A DNA stretch of 64,000 nucleotides from the NCBI GenBank assembly GCA_052390235.1, contig JBQTHB010000004.1, positions 32,001 through 96,000 of the forward strand, read 5' to 3'. The stretch is from Deltaproteobacteria bacterium (lineage in GTDB: Bacteria; Desulfobacterota_D; UBA1144; Nemesobacterales; CSP1-2). The notes below the pieces were generated by a model. It ran no database searches. It was not told where the DNA came from and was given only the letters and a program-made list of their open reading frames with translations. Position numbers and translations under genes: made by a program. Within the stretch, counting starts at the first letter, position 1, and the number at the start of each line of letters is the position of its first letter. Positions 59,571 to 64,000 of this stretch are shown in pieces.

Positions 59571-59777
59571 TATTCTCTCTCCTCTCCTAAAATATTCGAC
59601 TGTTTCTCTCTATACCTACACTACCTACACTGCGCATCTACCGAAATATTTCGCCCAAGTATTCTATACAGTTTTTCGGTTTTGTTAAGAGACGTCGCGC
59701 TTATTCGCCCAAATGTTTGGAAAAGCGGGCTTATTTAATGTAGAATTTTGCGCAAATCTTTTAGGAGGGGACAATTC

Positions 59778-60527
59778 TTGAGCGCAATAACTGTTGAAAA
59801 TGAGTCCGCCGCTTCCCTCGTTACTCTTCGCCGCCCAAAGGTAAACGCCCTCAACGAGGCACTTGTGGATGAGCTTATTTGGGTTTTGCGCGGTTTAGAG
59901 GCTGATTCCGCCGTAAAAGCGGTCATCCTCACGGGCGAGGGGGGATTTTTCTCCTTCGGACTGGATATTCCTGAGTTTATGGGATACTCAAAAGAGGCGT
60001 TTGCGGGGTTCATTATTAAATTCACGGGTCTGCTGAAACTCATATTTCAATTCCCAAAGCCCGTCGTAGCCGCCCTGAACGGACACGCCATCGCCGGCGG
60101 CTGTATGATAGCCCTTGCCGCTGACTACAGGATAATGGCATCGGAGAAGGCGAAAATCTCGCTCAATGAGATAACTTTAGGCTCGACGGTTTTCGCAAGC
60201 GGGGTTGAAATGGTCAAGCATGCGGTCGGAGCGAGATGCGCCGAGAGGGTTTTGCTCTCCGGGGCGATGTACTCGGCGGAGGATGCGCAGGCGCTCGGAT
60301 TGATTGACGAAGCCGTATCCAAGGACAATCTCCCCAGCGGGGCGATGAGGGCGGCAGAGGGACTCTCTGGAGGCGGGCGGGCGTTTGCGAGCGCAAAAAA
60401 GCTCCTTAGGGCTTCAGCCGTCTCCGAGTGGGAGGGGCGCGAGGGGGATTCTATCGCCCAATTCGTGGATATTTGGTACTCCGAGGACACGCGCCAGAAG
60501 CTTGAGAAAATCAAAATTAAGGAATGA
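59778..60527 (+). CDS. Enoyl-CoA hydratase/isomerase family protein
   Basis: FSFGLD, NGHAIAGG and LNE..LG motifs; AGGAGG SD before TTG. Confidence 0.85.
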   Translation: MSAITVENESAASLVTLRRPKVNALNEALVDELIWVLRGLEADSAVKAVILTGEGGFFSFGLDIPEFMGYSKEAFAGFIIKFTGLLKLIFQFPKPVVAALNGHAIAGGCMIALAADYRIMASEKAKISLNEITLGSTVFASGVEMVKHAVGARCAERVLLSGAMYSAEDAQALGLIDEAVSKDNLPSGAMRAAEGLSGGGRAFASAKKLLRASAVSEWEGREGDSIAQFVDIWYSEDTRQKLEKIKIKE

Positions 60528-61093
60528 CCAAGAGCCTGGATTCGATGATTAAAAAATGGTATCGGGTCAAATCCGAGCAATTAGCCTCAAGCCGCGTCTT
60601 CTCCATGCGCAGGGATACGAGCATCTCTCCTCTGACTGGAGCGGAGCATGATTTCTACGTCGTTGACCCTCCAGATTGGATTAACGTCGTCGCCCTCACT
60701 GAGGCAGGCGAAATTGTCCTCATCGAGCAGTACAGGCACGGAATGCAGTCCGTAACAATTGAAATTCCCGGAGGGATGATTGACCCGGGCGAGTCCCCTC
60801 TCGATGCGGCAAAAAGGGAGCTTCTCGAGGAAACCGGATACGCCTCTGAGGATTGGGCGCAGATAGGGTGCGTTCATCCAAACCCCGCCATACAGAGCAA
60901 CTCCTGCTACACGTTCCTTGCCCGCGGCGCGAGGAAGGTTCAGGAGACAAAATTCGATTCAACCGAGGACATCTGCACACTTCTTGAGCCGGCGGGGAAT
61001 ATACCCAAATTAGCGGCTGCAGGCGCAATCACTCACGCGCTCGTCGTAGCCGCGTTTTACTGGTACTCAATTTACACGATGCGGGATTCGTGA
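60524..61093 (+). CDS. NUDIX hydrolase (ADP-ribose pyrophosphatase-like)
   Basis: QYRH and Nudix box GG..D.GE....AAKRELLEETG. Confidence 0.9.
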   Translation: MTKSLDSMIKKWYRVKSEQLASSRVFSMRRDTSISPLTGAEHDFYVVDPPDWINVVALTEAGEIVLIEQYRHGMQSVTIEIPGGMIDPGESPLDAAKRELLEETGYASEDWAQIGCVHPNPAIQSNSCYTFLARGARKVQETKFDSTEDICTLLEPAGNIPKLAAAGAITHALVVAAFYWYSIYTMRDS

Positions 61094-61196
61094 TTCGCGG
61101 CGCAGAGCGTCCGGTTGGGGATGCTGGGGATGCGCGCTTTTAATGTTGATCTATCTTGAGACAGAAGTATTAAACGCTACGGAGGGTTTCTTAGCT

Positions 61197-62156
61197 ATGG
61201 ATAAACTCAAAAGCGCGGCGGCTGTTGCCGTACGGGACTGTATGGGGGTAAAATCCGGCGAGAGGGTTCTCATTGTTACAGACGAGCCTCTGCGCAAAAT
61301 TGGATACGCCCTCTGGGAGGCGGCAAAGGACTTGGGCTCGGACGCTTTAATTATCGAAATCATCCCCAGAAAATCCCACGGCGAGGAGCCTCCGCCTGCG
61401 GTTAGGGATATTCTCAAGCTCGCCGATGTAGCGCTGATTCCCACATCGAAATCCCTGAGCCACACCGACGCCCGCAGGGATGCCTGCAAAGCCGGAGTCA
61501 GAATCGCCACCCTGCCCGGAATTACCGAGGATTCCATGATACGAACCCTCAACGCCGACTATGTACTTATCGCCGAGAGGAGCAGAAAAGTCGCCGAAAT
61601 CCTCTCGCGGGGCAGGAGGGTGAGAATCACGACGCGCCTGGGCACGGACATTTCCCTCGACATCGAGGGCAGAAACGGACACTCCGATACCGGCATCAAC
61701 CACGCCGCCGGAGATTTTTCAAACCTCCCCGCAGGCGAGGGCTACATCGCCCCCATCGAGGGGAAATCAGGCGGGGTCATTGTCGTTGACGCTTCAATGT
61801 CGGGTGTCGGGAAACTCTCGGGCGAGGTCATACGAATCAGAGTCGAGGACGGATTTGCAACCGATATTACAGGCGGCAAAGGAGCAGACAGGCTACTGTC
61901 AGCGATGACCCCTCACGGCAGGCTCGCCTTTAACCTCGCCGAGCTTGGAGTCGGAACAAACGACAAAGCCATTGTAACGGGCAACGTGCTGGAGGATGAG
62001 AAAATCATGGGAACGGTGCATATAGCCTTCGGTGATAACAAGAGCATGGGCGGAATGGTCAGAGTCGCAAGCCACCTCGACGGGGTGATATTAAACCCGA
62101 CAGTTTATATAGACGATGCGCTAATTATGACGGATGGAAAACTGCTCGTCGTCTAG
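61197..62156 (+). CDS. M29-like (aminopeptidase T-type) metallopeptidase
   Basis: GEEPP, NLPAGE, AELGVGTN, LEDEK..GTVHIAFG and SHLD motifs. Confidence 0.82.
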   Translation: MDKLKSAAAVAVRDCMGVKSGERVLIVTDEPLRKIGYALWEAAKDLGSDALIIEIIPRKSHGEEPPPAVRDILKLADVALIPTSKSLSHTDARRDACKAGVRIATLPGITEDSMIRTLNADYVLIAERSRKVAEILSRGRRVRITTRLGTDISLDIEGRNGHSDTGINHAAGDFSNLPAGEGYIAPIEGKSGGVIVVDASMSGVGKLSGEVIRIRVEDGFATDITGGKGADRLLSAMTPHGRLAFNLAELGVGTNDKAIVTGNVLEDEKIMGTVHIAFGDNKSMGGMVRVASHLDGVILNPTVYIDDALIMTDGKLLVV

Positions 62157-62211
62157 GCGCGCAGAATGGGAAATTTACGCAAATCGGCGAGAGTGGGCGA
62201 CTGCCCCTAGG

Positions 62212-63081
62212 TTATTCGATATTTTGAATCTGCTCTTTCATCTTCTCAAGCTCGGAGCGGAACTCAATGGTGAGGTGCGAAATCTCGGCGTCTTTGGATT
62301 TTGCGGCAATGGTCGTTGCCTCGCGGTTTAGCTCCTGCACCAGGAAATCGAGTTCCTTGCCGATGGAGCCTGATTTTCCGAGGATTTCTCTAAATCTCGC
62401 CGTATGCGCGCCCGCCCGCACCAGCTCTTCAGTGATGTCGCTTCTCTCGGCAATTATGGCGAGTTCTTGATATAGGCGGTTTTGGTCAATTTCCCTATCT
62501 TCGAGGAGTTTCATTATCCGCTCTTTCGCCCGCTCGCCGATTTCCCTGAGCGATGTCTCGCGCTTGGATTTTATTCTCTCGGCAAGCTCAGCGAGATTCT
62601 CTACCCTCGCCGCTAGGTCGGATTCGAGCTTTGCCCCCTCCAGCGCTCTGGTTTCATCGAGCCTGCCCACTGCGCCGAGGACTGCCATCTTAATCTTTGA
62701 TAAATCCTCTTCGCTAATAGCCGCTTTTGTCTCAGCGAGGAAAAATTCCCTCACCGAGAGCAAGTGTTCAAGCCCGATACCAGAGGCAATCCCCAGCTCG
62801 CTCCTCAGCCTCTCAAGGGATTTGAGAGACTCTCTGGCAAGCTCAATGTTTACAGCGGCGCGCTTTGCCCTGTGGTTCTCGGCGGTAACCGAAATCCTGA
62901 CCTTTCCGCGGAGAATCACATATTTAGCCGCATCCGAGATTTCCCCCTCCATTGACCCCAGCGCATCCGGTGTGGTAACGCTCATATCCAAAAAGCGGTG
63001 ATTCTCGCTCCTCGCCTCCACTGTAATTTTCCCGATGCTAAGTTCAATCTCGCTCTTGCCAAATCCCGTCATGCTCTTCAT
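62212..63081 (-). CDS. yicC: YicC/YloC family endoribonuclease
   Basis: SMTGFG, N.RFLD, DITEEL.R, LDFL.QE.NRE..T and EQIQNIE motifs. Confidence 0.93.
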   Translation of the reverse strand: MKSMTGFGKSEIELSIGKITVEARSENHRFLDMSVTTPDALGSMEGEISDAAKYVILRGKVRISVTAENHRAKRAAVNIELARESLKSLERLRSELGIASGIGLEHLLSVREFFLAETKAAISEEDLSKIKMAVLGAVGRLDETRALEGAKLESDLAARVENLAELAERIKSKRETSLREIGERAKERIMKLLEDREIDQNRLYQELAIIAERSDITEELVRAGAHTARFREILGKSGSIGKELDFLVQELNREATTIAAKSKDAEISHLTIEFRSELEKMKEQIQNIE

Positions 63082-63614
63082 TAAGCCCTCTCCCTTGCCA
63101 GCTGTTTCATGTAACGCCCTCTCAAATCCTTGAATAACGCCCTCATCGCCCCGTAGTCCGGGTAAGTCCACTCAAGCGTGTGAAATTCGCGGGAGCTACG
63201 GCGATATACGAGCGTTAGGTCTGCATAAACCCCTCTGCCTAAATACGGGCGGTGATAGTATCCCTTTCCCGTGGAGAGAATCAAGTGTTCCGGGGCGATG
63301 TAGCCGGGGTCAATGTTTATGCTCCGCCTTCCGCCTACGGAGTATTTTTGCTCGAGATGGACGGCGAAAATCTTGGCGTCAACCAGCCGCTCGCGGGGAA
63401 TCAGATACTTATGCGTGATGAGAATTCTCGATAGATGCCGCCCCATCTCATCCCCGTAGTAGGGGGTCGAATCGAATGGCAGATTATCCAGCCGGAAATC
63501 GGACTCCGAAAGCTCCGCTTCAAGCTCCGCAATGCACCCTTCAGCCGGCGCGTCCTCGGTGTGAATGAGGCTCATAAAGAGCTTTACCGGGCGGGGTTCT
63601 TTTAGCTTGCTCAT
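63081..63614 (-). CDS. DUF4416 family protein
   Basis: YY..EMG, R.INIDPGY, H.PYLG.GVYA and WTYPDY motifs; lies upstream of yicC. Confidence 0.82.
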   Translation of the reverse strand: MSKLKEPRPVKLFMSLIHTEDAPAEGCIAELEAELSESDFRLDNLPFDSTPYYGDEMGRHLSRILITHKYLIPRERLVDAKIFAVHLEQKYSVGGRRSINIDPGYIAPEHLILSTGKGYYHRPYLGRGVYADLTLVYRRSSREFHTLEWTYPDYGAMRALFKDLRGRYMKQLARERA

Positions 63615-63657
63615 GGTTCAAAGATTTTCAGGAAGGAGGAGGGGGGGAAGTGAAAGC

Positions 63658-63999
63658 CTACTGCTCAGCCGCCTTCCGCTCCAGAGACCTCTTTCTAATT
63701 GCCTCTCCGATAGCCCAGAATTTCCTGTCCTCTTCGCTAACGAGCTTCAGGCTAGGGATATGCTTCGGGCGTCCATTTAGGTCAATCGAGACGAAGGCAA
63801 AATACCCTCGGCAACTGAAATCCTTTCTCCCCGTGAATTTGCGCACCTTGTAGGCGTCAACCTTCACAATCATCGAAGTTTTGCCAGTGTAGATGACCTT
63901 GCTTGCTATCTCCACGAGGTCTCCCTGCTTTATCGGCAATCTGAAGTCAATCGTCTCAATGGACGCGGTAACGACCTCATCGCTTGCAAAACGCATTGC
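63658..63999 (-). CDS. Acyl-CoA thioesterase (hotdog, YciA-like), 5'-truncated by the window edge
   Basis: VVTAS...IDF..PI..GD, G.TSM and FV.ID..GRP motifs. Confidence 0.85.
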   Translation of the reverse strand, partial: AMRFASDEVVTASIETIDFRLPIKQGDLVEIASKVIYTGKTSMIVKVDAYKVRKFTGRKDFSCRGYFAFVSIDLNGRPKHIPSLKLVSEEDRKFWAIGEAIRKRSLERKAAEQ

Positions 64000-64000
64000 G

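Overview
Bacterial chromosomal window, densely coding and fairly GC-rich. The gene order (pgpA-cinA-recA-pilT-tsaB-ydcH-ilvBNC-psd-pssA; tRNA-Ser-ffs-dnaX-ybaB-recR; DUF4416-yicC) and the lgt/lnt/tolB/TolC genes suggest a diderm related to Desulfobacterota/deltaproteobacteria (inference). Bases 1-24 kb are accessory. They hold an ABC exporter + M14 peptidase + two-part HTTM/DCC + AlgE-like porin cluster, a Tat-exported PhoX with a Pho-box-like array, a CzcCBA-type RND pump beside a TroABCD Mn/Zn/Fe importer (both with DtxR/MntR-like boxes), and a sigma54-type sulfonate-like ABC importer whose ATPase carries a fused TusA sulfur-carrier domain. Bases 25-64 kb are mostly housekeeping genes. The exception is a 6.2-kb two-gene module between sucD and hisD, encoding a SNF2/RapA-like helicase and a sacsin-type GHKL ATPase with a C-terminal Zn-finger/HNH-like domain. 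This is the best candidate for an undescribed system, probably anti-phage. I found no CRISPR array, rRNA, integrase or transposase. All calls come from reading motifs by eye; no searches or computations were run.
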